A stretch of 64,000 nucleotides of DNA from Pavona decussata (GCA_977016875.1 CDRNST010000083.1:62001-126000), one strand, 5' to 3'. Shown: positions 49,901 through 60,237, counted from the first letter of the stretch. Notes: generated by a model not told the origin, from the sequence alone. Translations and numbers: made by a program.

Positions 49901-52900
49901 TAATTCTGTAATGAAACCGTATACGAGGTCTTCACACGGCCGTGTGGTGCCGTTTGTTATGTGACATAGGTATGTCACACCTAATATGATCCACAAAATA
50001 TAAAGCAACGACAGAAAACTAAACAAGAGTGAATTTTACAAAGGATTGAAGTAGTCCGGCTCTCTCTTTTGCTTTTATTGTGCTAAATTTGAGTCGAAAA
50101 CATCATCAGCAAACTTCTATACGAGAAGATGATAATTTTAAACCTTGTTTCAGACTAAACAACTTTTAAACTAGTCTTTGCTTTGTGTGATCTGGGCATT
50201 AGTCTAAAGAAAGTGACTTGCGTCTTCCCCTAAGTTGTGATATCTTTGGTAAAATAAATCTTTCAGGCAGTAAATATGGTGTAGTTAAATCGTGGCTCAA
50301 TTCAAGAAAAGTTGTTAGGGCAGCGTAGATATCGCTAAACAGCACTGCCGCAACAGGCTCAAACGTTCCTGTGATAGAAACGGGCCTCGAGTGAGCCGGC
50401 AGATTTAACAAAACATGTTAAACTACGTAATATTGGTCATTCTAGGAACAGTATTGGTTCATCCATGATGTTCTTAGAGATGCGTCCATCTGTGGTGTGA
50501 CTACCATCTCGTCGGATGAACTGGGCAGTGGTTTGCTGTGCGTCTCAGGAGACGAACCCGAGATCGCAGAAAAATGGACAGCGGAATTTGAGGTGAGTTG
50601 AAAGTTAATCGCAGACTATTGCCAATAGCAATAGGCCATTTTCATGATGGCGTCATTTGACTACAACTACCAGAATTCACTTGGTTTTTCTTTTCAAATT
50701 CAAATTTTGTAATCCCAGTGGACAGCAAAGAACAATGGCTCTAATTAGCATGAGAAAACAAAAAACTGAAGGATTCTGGTAGTTGTAGTCAAATGACGCC
50801 ATAGTGAAAATGTCCTATTAATAAAGAGATGCTATGTTTTACACAAGGCCTGTCACTCAACATAGTTACTCACAATAATTGTCTTACGCAAGTGTTTACC
50901 CAAAGCTAATTTCATTTTAACTTTTTGATTTTGGTGTAGGTTTTGCGAAATTGGTTTTATTTCACCATTGTATGGAGGGGTTTGTTAAGTTTGTATTAAT
51001 TGATACCGTGTGTTAAGATGGCTTGACTTATATAGTGTCGTACTCAAGGAGACACAGATATAGATAGATGTAGATATTATATGTTCCTGTGTGACACCGA
51101 TTTTGTTTTTCAGAATCTTCCAGACTACTCTGTAAACTCTCCGCTCTTTAAGGACGCATTAGCTCGAGAGAACGTGGTGAAGAACCGCTGTCCAGAGATG
51201 TTACCGTGTAAGTGTTGTTACCCTTACAATCTCCTTCATGCGTTCGTTTGTTAGTAGTTTGTTTGTTTGTTGCTTTTTGGGTTGGTTTGGTGACTAGTTG
51301 GGTTGGTTGGGTTGGTTGGGTTGGTTGGTTGGTTGGTTGGTTGGTCGGTCGGTCGGTCGGTCGGTCGGTCGGTCGGTCTTTCGGTTGGTTGGTTGGTTCA
51401 GGTTGGTTGGCTGGTTCAGGTTGGTTGGTTGGTTGGTTGGTTGGTTGGTCGGTCGGTCGGTCGGTTGGTTGGTTGGCTGGTTCAGGTTGGTTGGTTGGTT
51501 GGTCGGTCGGTCGGTCGGTTGGTTGGTTGGCTGGTTCAGGTTGGTTGGTTGGTTGGTCGGTCGGTCGGTCTTTCGGTTGGTTGGTTGGCTGGTTCAGGTT
51601 GGCTGGTTGGTTGGTTGGTCGGTTGGTCTTTCGGTTGGTTGGTTGGCTGGTTGGGTTGGTTGGTTGGTTGGTTGGTTCGTTCCTTGGTTGAGTTGGTTAA
51701 TTGGTTGGTTTGTTGACTGGTTGGTTGGTTGGGTTGGTTAGTTGGTTGGTTTGCTAGCTGGTTGGTTGGCTGGTTCTTCCCTTGGTGATCAAATCATCTT
51801 TTAAGGATATAAACATGTCGGACTTGGCTACTTACACCATCATATCTGTAGCCAGATCAATGTGTCTGTGTTAGCAATTCGGTTGTGAATGCGTATATTT
51901 TTACTCATTTATCTTTCCTTCTTTTCTTAGTCAACCACAACAGAGTCCGACTCAGGACTGTTCCAGACGAACCTGGTTCAGATTACATTAACGCTAGCTT
52001 CATTGATGTGAGTTGCCACTGGTTGTTTTCACCTGGGGTAAAGATTTGGTGTATCAGCATACAAACCTTTTGTAAAAAATGGGCATGGTGGTTTTATTTG
52101 AAATCGGCAAGAAAAATTAGAGAGAGCTTGATATAAAAACGTGGCTGTCTTTCAAAAACCAAACGCACTGCATGTCTGGATGATGCCTGGAATGGTTTGG
52201 TAGTGACTATAAAAATAGCTACGAATCACATCTGACCAAACAGTACAAATACAGATCACGCGTAGCACCAATCAGAACTGAAAGTATACGACCGCAAACA
52301 AGTGATGTCAAACCATGAGTGCACTTAAAGTTTGAACTTTTTTGACATGCCTTTAGACCAGGTCACACCAGTTACAGAGAAAGCCGAAAGAAAACATGAA
52401 CCAATCAGTTCTGCGTCAAACAAAACCGTCTGCATTTGCTGGCCACGGCAAAGATATGTTACCAACAAGATGAAGTCAACATTCACACAGGATAAGACTG
52501 TCTTGGAGTTTTAATAATGCATTACGTTCACCTTAATTGCGTTTTCGTCAAAGTGTGATCGATCAATAACGCGAAAATAGCAACAGAACTAGTGATTCTC
52601 TAAGTAGGCAGTGCTTCAAGAGTGGCTAAAAGGGATGAGATTAAAACCAGAATCTAACAAAAATGAGTTTGACGCGCAACGAAGTGGCAGGCATCGTGCA
52701 GTACATTAGTAGTTGTTGATCTCATTACATTTTTCTCACCAGAGTTACAACGAAGGCAGGTTATACATCGCTGCTCAAGCACCAATGGCGAGTACTCTTG
52801 ATGACTTCTGGCGCATGGTGTGGCAACAGCGGTCTACCACAGTGGTCATGCTCGGTGATCTCCAAGAGAATGGACTGGTACGAACCAATGTTTTGAATGT

Positions 52901-55900
52901 GGATTGTCAGATTTACCTTGAAGATATTTGATTAATTTTTCGTTTCGTTAATTTTTGTTCAACTGTTTCTTTGTTTGCTCATTTGTGTTTTGTCATTTTA
53001 TTCGGTCATTAATTCAGCTTTAAGTTTTCATGGAGCATCTCTTGTGAAAAAGTAAAGAGATTTAGCAGTTTTTGTTTGCTTTCAGTGGTACAACTTTTTT
53101 ATTTTCAGAAAATGACCAACAGTTTTAGACGTAAGACTAAAACACATGATTCGAGAAAAACTTCTGCGCTCGTGATTTAAGCAGCGTACGTTACACCTAT
53201 ATTGTCGCGAGTGTTTTCGTACAATTCATAATCAAAAGTAACGAATGCTATGCTGTATTAACTGACCATGCAGAAGTTCATTTTAGTCTTAGCTTTAAAC
53301 AAGCAAAACAGGGCTTTTTTTCCGAAAAGTACGGTTAGGTTAATGCTATGTCGACCTTTCCTTACATACCGTACTAAGAAGGAGAAAAATTCGTAATTGC
53401 AAATTAATATATACCAAGACTTAATATGCCATCAGGGTTATTTAAATCAACAATATGTTAAACTATCACCACTTAATTTCAGGATTTAGAAAGCTACTCG
53501 CTATTGTTGGGATTCGTATTAAAAATCTATTGTGAACGTTTTATTATAACTTCTTTTCTTTTAGGAACACACTGCTCGATATTGGCCGGAAGAGGGTTCA
53601 GCCAAATATGGAAAATTACGCGTGACGAAGATTGACGAGGAGAGACTAGAGGACCACACCCAAAGAGTGTTCAAACTCAGGCGGCAGGGGGTGAGTGAGT
53701 GGAGCTGATGTAAATTTGTGTAAATAAGTCTCCCCTCCCCTGAAAGTATACTTCTCAGTTTCCTCCCACCCATAACTCCCAAAAAACCTTAAAACAGATA
53801 GCAATGTACCGCATTTTTTCTAAACATCTTCTTTTCCCGCATTGTCGTTTGTATTAGTTTGCACCTTGCTTAAGAAATCAGAGTCTCTCATACTATCCCA
53901 AGATGCACAGAACGTATACACAGTGGCAAATGGAGGCCCCGTCCTTAAGTGCAGTTGCTCATTCCCTCCCTGACATTGTCCTGATGATGTAGTAATGTAT
54001 ACTTCCTCATTTGTAGTTCTTTCCTTATCTTCCTCTACAGAGTGATGACAATCGCGTGTTGTATCACTTTCAATACCGCCGCTGGGTGGAGGCTAGGCTG
54101 CCTCGGGCCCAGTCCCTCGTGTACTTATATCAACAAATTCACAAAGTGCAGTCTAGGGAGGATCATCACGGACCAATCATTGTACATTGCAGGTAACCTC
54201 GATTTGGTATTTTGGGAAAGGAAAGCTACTATATTACAGACAGGAAAAGACCGTTATTTTGCATAGACTTGGATGTAAATAAAACTCATCCCGTTGCATT
54301 TTAGTGGTTATTTTATTTTGTTTGGTTCTCAGTGAGTTCAAAATCAAATGAAAGTTAATATTTTTACACCTCTCACTCACACAGCTAAATCCTCACTGGA
54401 TGTTAAATGAAACCATGACCATTTACGGGAAAGCTCTCGAGCAGAAGTTTTCTTTAGTGTTGTTTATCATGTTGGCTTAGGTGATTCTTTCTTTTGATTA
54501 TGCAGCCAAAATCCTAAGCAAAGACAAGTAAAATGATTTTACTGAGTAGTTTTTTTCCTGGGTACTGTTTATTAGACTTTGCCAGATAACATAACAGTTT
54601 GCAAGTGAAATACTGAAATGTAACCATCCAAATGAATGCTACTGAGTACTGCTACCCTATCCACGTTTTTCAAAATTTACACGACAAATTTCAAAAACAT
54701 TTTTAACCATTTCAACAGGAACATTTAACGAAGAGATAATTTGCAAGACCATTTTCTGATATATGATTTGTCATTTGTCATTGTCTTTTGCGTTTTCAGT
54801 GTTTGAATGTAATTTGTTGTCTTTGTAGTAATGGTGATGGTCGAACAGGAGTTTTCCTCGCTCTGTGTTTGAGTATCGAGAGACTGGAAACTGAAGATAA
54901 TGTGGACATATTCCAAACAGTAAGATGGCTGAAGTCACAGAGGGCGGGACTGGTCACTAGCTCGGTAAGTAGATGGTCCAAGTAAACGATGAGAAGCGCT
55001 ATCTAGATTAAACGACAATTATGATAGTAACAGAAGCGGTAATGTTCATAGTAACGGTAATGGTAATAGATAAGGGTAAAGGTAACGCCAGACACAACTA
55101 ATCAATGACCAATGGCATCAATGAGTAATCAGTTGATTGATCGTTGATTATTTCCAATGATCAATGACTAATCGATAGGCCACAAAATTTTGTGGCCTAT
55201 TGATTGCTCACCGATCTCACTTATTAGCCATTGATGTTATCGATTACCATTAATTTATCAAGGACAAAACAAAGGATAAAATCTCTTTAAGGACGTTTTC
55301 ATACATTGAACAGATGGAAAATCAAGTCAAATTATCATAACGATTAAAGATTTTTAGACGTCGATCAGCTATGGTCTGACATTTTGATGCTTTCCAACTT
55401 ACGTAAATACAATAGAGTTGGAGTTATCGGGATAAATGTGAGCCAAGGGAAAGTAAAATTAGTTTGAGTTAGTACGGAGTTCGAGTTAGAAGGATTCTAC
55501 TGTGGATAAGGCAATAAAATCATCGTAATGTCCCAAAAAGATAGTCAAACAACATGCCTAAACGTTTCACATTAATAATGAGATGGGACAACCACTTCCA
55601 AGTTCGCCTCTTGTTGCCGCTATCGTCCACCCACCCCTCCTATAGGTCAGATTGGTCTTGTAGTCTCCAGTGATTACGTCCCCTACTCTTTTTGAATAAT
55701 GGTGTATGTACTTTTTAATGTTTCCTCCTAAGAAATTCTTTTTTTCTTTGTTGAATGAGGTACGTATCTTATTATTATCTTATTATTATCTGAATTTATT
55801 AGATAACTTATTGTTTGTAAGTGAAAGTTGCAAGGGTAACAAATATCAGCGGAGAACATCGTATTCAACTTTACCTTACCAGTATGTTCTATCTTGTGAA

Positions 55901-56150
55901 AAAAAAATTACGTTTTCACATTCATTAAACACCAACTTAAAGGTAAATGTCGGATTTCTATTAAATGATAATAACAATACATGTTTTCCTGGGTGTTATC
56001 GCCAGTTGTGCTGGAGAGGTACTGTAAGGTACAAAAAGGTCATCAAATTTTCGTGTTGTGTTTCAGGAACAGTACAACTTCTGTTATGAGCTGATCAAGA
56101 GTTACCTGGCCTGGAGAACAATAAACACCATTCAGAGTGACTACATCTGA
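24652..56150 (+). CDS. Receptor-type protein tyrosine phosphatase (LAR/PTPRF-like cytoplasmic part; signal peptide, 8 FN3, TM, tandem PTP D1+D2), 28 coding exons, ~1470 aa
   Basis: Hand-spliced GT-AG exons are all phase-compatible and sum to 4413 nt ending in TGA; motifs [38 protein letters not shown] and QTQEQY in D1; second PTP domain follows. Confidence 0.9.
28798..28977 (+). mobile_element. tRNA-containing interspersed repeat (SINE-like), family 1
   Basis: A box TAGCTCAGTGG and B box GGTTCGACTC; homologous to 44246-44523 and 60855-61035. Confidence 0.8.
31144..31887 (-). mobile_element. PIF/Harbinger-like deletion derivative
   Basis: Imperfect TIRs with GCACAA/GCGCAA subterminal repeats; minus strand ~31650-31770 encodes frameshifted [17 protein letters not shown] resembling a Harbinger transposase N-terminus. 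Confidence 0.55.
31951..32017. repeat. Compound (GTT)n(GCT)n microsatellite
   Basis: Seen directly. Confidence 0.95.
32738..33016 (+). CDS. RPTP exon 2 (FN3-1)
   Basis: CAG|..[20 protein letters not shown]|GTAGG; phase 1-1. Confidence 0.85.
33752..34048 (+). CDS. RPTP exon 3 (FN3-2)
   Basis: [20 protein letters not shown]; AG/GT, phase 1-1. Confidence 0.9.
34598..34906 (+). CDS. RPTP exon 4 (FN3-3)
   Basis: VPSAAP..VSWAP..NGILRGY; AG/GT, phase 1-1. Confidence 0.9.
36416..36706 (+). CDS. RPTP exon 5 (FN3-4)
   Basis: LEAPQNV..VSWDP..LKTFSTY; AG/GT, phase 1-1. Confidence 0.9.
37098..37421 (+). CDS. RPTP exon 6 (FN3-5)
   Basis: PSRAP..IEWSP..LEPFTYY..GSGP; phase 1-1. Confidence 0.9.
38320..38625 (+). 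CDS. RPTP exon 7 (FN3-6)
   Basis: VPSRPP..VKWEP..MKPLTRY..GTGP; phase 1-1. Confidence 0.9.
38992..39303 (+). CDS. RPTP exon 8 (FN3-7)
   Basis: [18 protein letters not shown]; phase 1-1. Confidence 0.9.
40141..40424. mobile_element. MITE
   Basis: Imperfect TIRs TAGAGCGATTTTCA.. / ..GAAAATCGTTCTTA; internal TGATTGG repeats. Confidence 0.65.
40581..40807 (+). CDS. RPTP exon 9 (FN3-8, first part)
   Basis: [26 protein letters not shown]|GTAAGT; phase 1-0. Confidence 0.85.
40927..41029. mobile_element. TAGCC-terminated MITE with 9-bp TSD
   Basis: TAGCCTCCCTC / GAGGGAGGCTA; TCATTAAAC on both flanks. Confidence 0.8.
41362..41443 (+). CDS. RPTP exon 10 (FN3-8 end)
   Basis: [15 protein letters not shown]; phase 0-1. 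Confidence 0.8.
41576..41856 (-). mobile_element. Degenerate tRNA-containing repeat, family 2, with terminal direct repeats
   Basis: GATC.GA.AATTAACTCTGC.AGTGT..TGTTAAAGT at 41576 and 41822; decayed A/B boxes (TCGGTAGA, GTTCGATTC) on the minus strand between them. Confidence 0.55.
42067..42169 (+). CDS. RPTP exon 11 (transmembrane helix)
   Basis: [25 protein letters not shown]; phase 1-2. Confidence 0.85.
42615..42652 (+). CDS. RPTP exon 12 (basic juxtamembrane)
   Basis: [13 protein letters not shown]; CAG|..|GTAAGT; phase 2-1 bridges exons 11 and 13. Confidence 0.75.
43156..43271 (+). CDS. RPTP exon 13 (wedge region)
   Basis: [27 protein letters not shown], like the LAR-type wedge. Confidence 0.85.
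43655..43986. mobile_element. Degenerate MITE with GGAATA/TATTCC subterminal repeats
   Basis: AGAACAATTCTGG.. versus ..CCAGAATTGTTCC inverted match near the ends. Confidence 0.5.
44097..44187 (+). CDS. RPTP exon 14 (D1, KNRY)
   Basis: [12 protein letters not shown]; phase 0-1. Confidence 0.9.
44246..44523 (-). mobile_element. tRNA-containing repeat, family 1, with terminal direct repeats
   Basis: A/B boxes on minus; the ~28-nt sequence GA.AATG.TGTATTAAT.AGT.AATGAC occurs at both ends, ~249 bp apart. Confidence 0.8.
44574..44650 (+). CDS. RPTP exon 15 (D1, DYINA)
   Basis: [18 protein letters not shown]. Confidence 0.92.
45152..45188 (+). CDS. RPTP exon 16 (D1, YIATQG)
   Basis: [13 protein letters not shown]. 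Confidence 0.9.
45474..45978 (-). mobile_element. Possible LTR fragment
   Basis: Minus strand TGTCAAG..GTCACA followed by TTTTTGGCA (PBS-like); internal 21-bp tandem repeat at ~45865-45916; no TSD found. Confidence 0.35.
46098..46189 (+). CDS. RPTP exon 17 (D1, DFWRMVWE)
   Basis: [23 protein letters not shown]. Confidence 0.92.
47027..47149 (+). CDS. RPTP exon 18 (D1)
   Basis: CERYW..YGNITV..VREF; phase 0-0. Confidence 0.85.
47285..47580. mobile_element. Decayed tRNA-derived repeat fragments (one on each strand)
   Basis: CTCTAACCACTGAG and AATCAAACCC (minus A/B boxes); GGAAGGTCTTGAGTTCCATTCCC (plus B-box region). Confidence 0.4.
47700..47800 (+). ncRNA. Degenerate type I hammerhead ribozyme within a dispersed repeat
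   Basis: GTCACG-TTAATGA-GGCC(taacaa)GGCC-AAAC-AGCT-GCC-CATGAC: stems I, II and III are recognisable, core mutated. Confidence 0.5.
47881..48044 (+). CDS. RPTP exon 19 (D1, WPD loop to VHC)
   Basis: [21 protein letters not shown]; phase 0-2. Confidence 0.92.
49261..49396 (+). CDS. RPTP exon 20 (D1, P-loop end and Q-loop)
   Basis: [25 protein letters not shown]. Confidence 0.92.
49530..49767. mobile_element. TAGCC-terminated MITE with 9-bp TSD
   Basis: TAGCCTGCTTAGCTGGCGGTTTT / AAAACCGTCAGCTTCGCAGGCGA; TGTGCTACC on both flanks. Confidence 0.8.
50446..50592 (+). CDS. RPTP exon 21 (D1 end and linker)
   Basis: [17 protein letters not shown]. Confidence 0.88.
50630..50819. mobile_element. MITE with ~48-bp TIRs
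   Basis: AATAGGCCATTTTCATGATGGCGTCATTTGACTACAACTACCAGAAT is inverted at the right end. Confidence 0.85.
51114..51207 (+). CDS. RPTP exon 22 (D2 start)
   Basis: [13 protein letters not shown]; phase 0-1. Confidence 0.85.
51278..51775. repeat. (GGTT)n/(GGTC)n tetranucleotide array with higher-order units
   Basis: Seen directly in RPTP intron 22. Confidence 0.95.
51931..52007 (+). CDS. RPTP exon 23 (D2)
   Basis: [16 protein letters not shown]. Confidence 0.92.
52743..52877 (+). CDS. RPTP exon 24 (D2)
   Basis: [20 protein letters not shown]. Confidence 0.92.
53565..53690 (+). CDS. RPTP exon 25 (D2)
   Basis: [21 protein letters not shown]. Confidence 0.88.
54041..54192 (+). CDS. RPTP exon 26 (D2)
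   Basis: [17 protein letters not shown]; phase 0-2. Confidence 0.88.
54400..54660 (+). repeat. Degenerate ~100-bp tandem repeat (2-3 units)
   Basis: Recurring ACCAT..AAATGAA.GCTACTGAG..TGTTTAT motif; a related copy lies on minus at ~24855-24895. Confidence 0.4.
54829..54964 (+). CDS. RPTP exon 27 (D2)
   Basis: [23 protein letters not shown]. Confidence 0.9.
56067..56150 (+). CDS. RPTP exon 28 (terminal coding exon)
   Basis: [23 protein letters not shown]. Confidence 0.88.
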   Translation, partial: EQYNFCYELIKSYLAWRTINTIQSDYI

Positions 56151-56592
56151 AGCCCAGACTGACTACCAAGAGCTGCTTATACTGAGTATTATAAACCGTA
56201 AATGCACCTAGAAAACTAAAACTGCCGAGTATACGAAAGGTTGTTAATGTTTGTTAAGGTTCATGTTCCGTATAAGTTAAACGTCAGCATTTCCAATACC
56301 GCTGCAAATGCCCTGCATTTTACATTTAGTGTTGTTGTTTACTGAGCGTACAAGAGGCTGAAGTTTAGTCGTGCCGCAATTATCTAAAAGTTAAGTTGAG
56401 TATGAGATAAAAGTTACTGTAAGCTCACAGACTTATTAAGTGCTGAAGTTGTCATTTTACTCACACCACATAAGCGAGACAAAAAGCAAATAAATGTACC
56501 ATTCCTACTATTTAGTCATTTGTGAGCAATATGCGGAAGACATTTCTTAAAGTCAGCTTTGATCAGTACGAATGCTCCGCCAGTGGGATACA

Positions 56593-56780
56593 CAGTCAAC
56601 TCCCTTTATTGTGGACACCTTCGGGACCGCTGTTTAGTTGTCCTTAATAGCGAGATTCCGTAATAGCAGGAATTTAGTTTAGTCAAACGTCTGTAATTTA
56701 TTTTTGCCGAGGACTTAGCTGCTGTCCTTATTATCGGGGTGTCCGTAATAGCAAGGTTTCCGCAAGGCGAGAGTTGACTG
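56593..56780. mobile_element. Tc1/mariner-pogo-type MITE
   Basis: TIRs CAGTCAACTC / GAGTTGACTG, TA on the right flank and CA on the left. Confidence 0.7.
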
Positions 56781-57644
56781 TATTTCCCGAATCGGAACGT
56801 GATTTTCACCTAACGCCAATTTTGAGGCACGTCCCGTATAACCTAGACTAATTTCCGTTCTTTTTCCCGCATGACAGTGCCATATTTTCTCTTAAAACTT
56901 GTTTAAAATTCCAGACGAAGGAGCAAAATCGGTTAGTACGTTATTTCGCAACTGAAAGCCACACTCTTTGCACCCTAAGATGTAAGGCACCCTTACTAAG
57001 GGTGGTAAAATTGAAAAGTAATTTGTGAAAATAACCCCGTATTATACTTCTTGTGCAAATAATGATACCTTGTAAGAGGAGTATTCCTTCGGGGAAGCGT
57101 CAATAAACGGCACTTTTTTAATCTATACCCTATACCAGAAGAGAAACGCTGAAACAAGTACTAAAACAAAGGCAGATTAATTTCTTTATGCACTGCTTCC
57201 TTTGTATTTAAAATAAACATACTTTTACATAGCGTATTTGTGTCTTTGATGTAAACTGTTGGCATCGGTATGTTATATTAGAACACCATGCCTTTTGTAT
57301 AATCAACACATATCTCGTATCGTGGCACGAAGATCGCATTTAGCGAGACTCAAAAAAATATTTTCGACGAGCCAAATTGATACTTTCGCTTGTTACCAAC
57401 AAGAACACTGTATTTCTTAAGTAGCAAAAGCTTTAAATCGAGGCGGGTAACTGATGCTTAAAACAATTTACAGAGCTCACAGTGATAATGGGAAACAATC
57501 GGAAAGAACGGATAATACTTTTTCAGAGGATAGAACTCAAAAGGCTCTTGCAAGTTTGATTTTCGTCCCTAAATTTCAAGACCACAGCTATACCAGAAGT
57601 TAAGGTCGTTAACTTTTGTAGACCTGGATCAGACAAATGCTTGA

Positions 57645-57750
57645 AAGGGCGAAACACTGTCCATGGCTGCCACTCCCCGGGTGATATGGTTGTGCGCATG
57701 TGTGCGGTATTGGCCATACCACGGGGATGGTACTTGTGTCTCAGGGCTGA
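57645..57750 (+). repeat. Second copy of the hammerhead-bearing repeat (5'-truncated)
   Basis: GGGCGAAACACTGTCCATGGCTGCCACTCCCCGGGTGATATGGTTGTG is homologous to 47730-47780. Confidence 0.55.
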
Positions 57751-58004
57751 TAAAAGTGTTAATAAATTATAGACGGTAAGATTGATTCTTACGCCAGTAA
57801 AAAAAAAAATAAAACAAAAGACGAAAACAAAAAAGTTACATAATTGTCTATAAACTGAAAAAATGGGTATGTATATAGTCCGTCGCTAAGAATGGGTGAG
57901 AAACGCACGCAAAAATAATAATAATAGTACAGCAGAAGGAAAGCAATCGGGAACTTCTTTCCACACTCCTAGTATAGTGTAAACTGTTTTAGGACTAAAA
58001 CTAT

Positions 58005-58157
58005 AAATGGTTTGAACCCAGGAGTCATGTCATAAGTACATAAATTATGATCATCCGGGTGAGTGTATACGTGTAGTCCTGAGAACTGCGAGGACTGTCT
58101 GAGGTAACATTGACTGACGTTTTGACAAACCTGAGCGGAGGTCATCTTTAGAGTCAA
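58005..58157 (-). mobile_element. Penelope-like element terminal (pLTR) fragment with decayed hammerhead
   Basis: Minus strand TGACTCTAAAGATGACCTCCGCTCAGGTTTGTCAAAACGTCAGTCA fits the CTGANGA..GAAACGTC pattern with core mutations. Confidence 0.55.
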
Positions 58158-59458
58158 CTGTTTCAGGAGTAAATCATTAAATCAAACATCTAATTAAAAG
58201 TCACTGAAAGCAAAGAAGAAAACGCTAAAAAGTGAGAAAAGTATGTGAAACATTCGCATTTGTTAGTAATAACTGGTGCTTTCCATGAATGCCGTGTATT
58301 ATATGTTGACTATATCATTCGAAATTATAACAGAAAATGCCACAGCGGGCGGAGATAAAGCCAGTGAGAGTTTGTGTTTGCCGTAACACTGACATGCCTT
58401 GGGCGCAGAGATCACGCTCGACCCAGTCTCACTCCGCATCAAGGTTCGCTCAAAAGCCAAGTGGTTGTTTCACCGCCCATTCTTCGCCAATCTATAGCCA
58501 TACCTGATTCAGTTCCCCCGGCTGTCAGAGAAGTTGTTTCTATTTGGGCACCACTGAATTTCTCCTCAAAATGATTAGCTCTTAAAATAATGCTGTATTT
58601 ACTCACCAAAATGCCTCCATAATCCGGGGCAAAAATAGAGATGAGTTTACTAACCGTGTGCTATACCATCGGCAAAGATACTCAGCCTGATTCTGAGGGG
58701 AGAGGAGCTAGTTCTGATTATAGACGAAAATTTGTAAAGGGACAACTTTAATCTTTTGATCCCATTCCTTCTTTTTTCACGTTGAAGGGCCTCGCTTATG
58801 ATGAGTAGGCTACTTATTTTGCTATTTCTTTATATGTTGTTAAAGTTCATTGCTTTTCTTACCCTTTTGAGAAAAAAATATATTTTTGTTACCCAAAAAA
58901 CATTTCCGATTATAGTTAACACCCATTTAAGGAAAGAACAGCTCGACAAAACAATTGCAAAAGTTAAATAGCTGTTTGTTGATGAGCGCGTGGAATAATT
59001 GACATTAGGATGGAATACGACATCAAATTAGGGCTTTGACAACAAAAAATTCGAAGCAACGACAAGTTCTCGCCTATGACGGCTTTTAAAACGCCTTAAA
59101 CCAGTTGGGATGATGCCACGGGCACAACATTCTGGCCAAAAACCTGTACAGAAAGGACCGCCACAGACACTACAGTTCCAAAGGAATTGGCGAACGATGC
59201 CTTTAACGGCTTTACGAATATTTTCCTGATCCGGTTCATTAAATCCGGTTTCAGGGTATAACTGGCCTAAATTTCATTTTTTTTTTTTTTCATTTTTAGT
59301 GTATGTGATAAATATTCACGGCGTTGTTTTGTTTTCCCCGTGCATTGGCAAAATATTACAAAATTTAGCCACAAAATATGTCGCAAGCTATCACGCGGTA
59401 TTCCGCATAACACTTCGTGGGGGAAATCAACATGTTACCGCTGTTCGAAACATTTGTT

Positions 59459-60208
59459 GGCTTCACACTACAAGCTAAGTTAGTTTCAAGTAAGCACTTG
59501 ATTCAAGTGCACTTGAAAATCTCAAGTCGCACTTTAGAAAACTTGGCTTCACACCTGGTGACAAAGTATACACTTGAAGCACAAGCTGTCAATCATCGTT
59601 CGCGGTAAAATCAGAAATGCGACTGCTCGCCGGAAAATCATGGAGCCTTTACAACGGAAAAACGTTTTATGCTGTTTACTCTTTATTTTGTCTTTAATTC
59701 TAACTCAGAGAGTTTTAACATTACAGGAAATGCATAGGTACTTCATTGTTTACGAGTACTTGGCGACAAAACAAAAGAACAGGCGACATCTTCTGAACTG
59801 AAAATCGATGGTTCAGGCTGTCCGTAAAGATGAAATTCAAAAAAGATCGTAAGTTTAAATCGGCTCTTCCTTCTTTTTTATGTTTACTTACAAAAAAGAC
59901 TGTTCCATGGAGTCCTCGAACTGTGACGCGTATCTCAAGCCATCCATTTTGATTTTTTTTTTTTTTTTTTTTGGATTAATTTTAGTTCACGGCAAGATGT
60001 TTATCTGTCCTGGCCCCAGCACGTGGCTTTCAGTTGGACGTTCTCAAGTGTGGTGTTGGCCATACTTGGCGGCGTACTTCGGCTTCTTTGAACTACGAAA
60101 GTTTCCATGGTCACTAAGTAAAGTTCAAGTTGGTAGGTCTTACCCCTTCACACTCAAAGTAGGTTTCAAGTGCACTTAGATTATACTTACAAGCTCTAGT
60201 GTGAAGCC
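59459..60208. mobile_element. Non-autonomous TIR element (Harbinger-like)
   Basis: GGCTTCACACTACAAGCT versus AAGCTCTAGTGTGAAGCC; internal TTCAAGTGCACTT repeats near both ends. Confidence 0.55.
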
Positions 60209-60237
60209 CCCTATTCTTTTCGCATAGACTTGGTGTG

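Noticed and set aside
51212-51741. Gly/Trp/Leu/Val-rich ORFs in three frames
   Set aside because: Translation of the (GGTT)n array inside an intron
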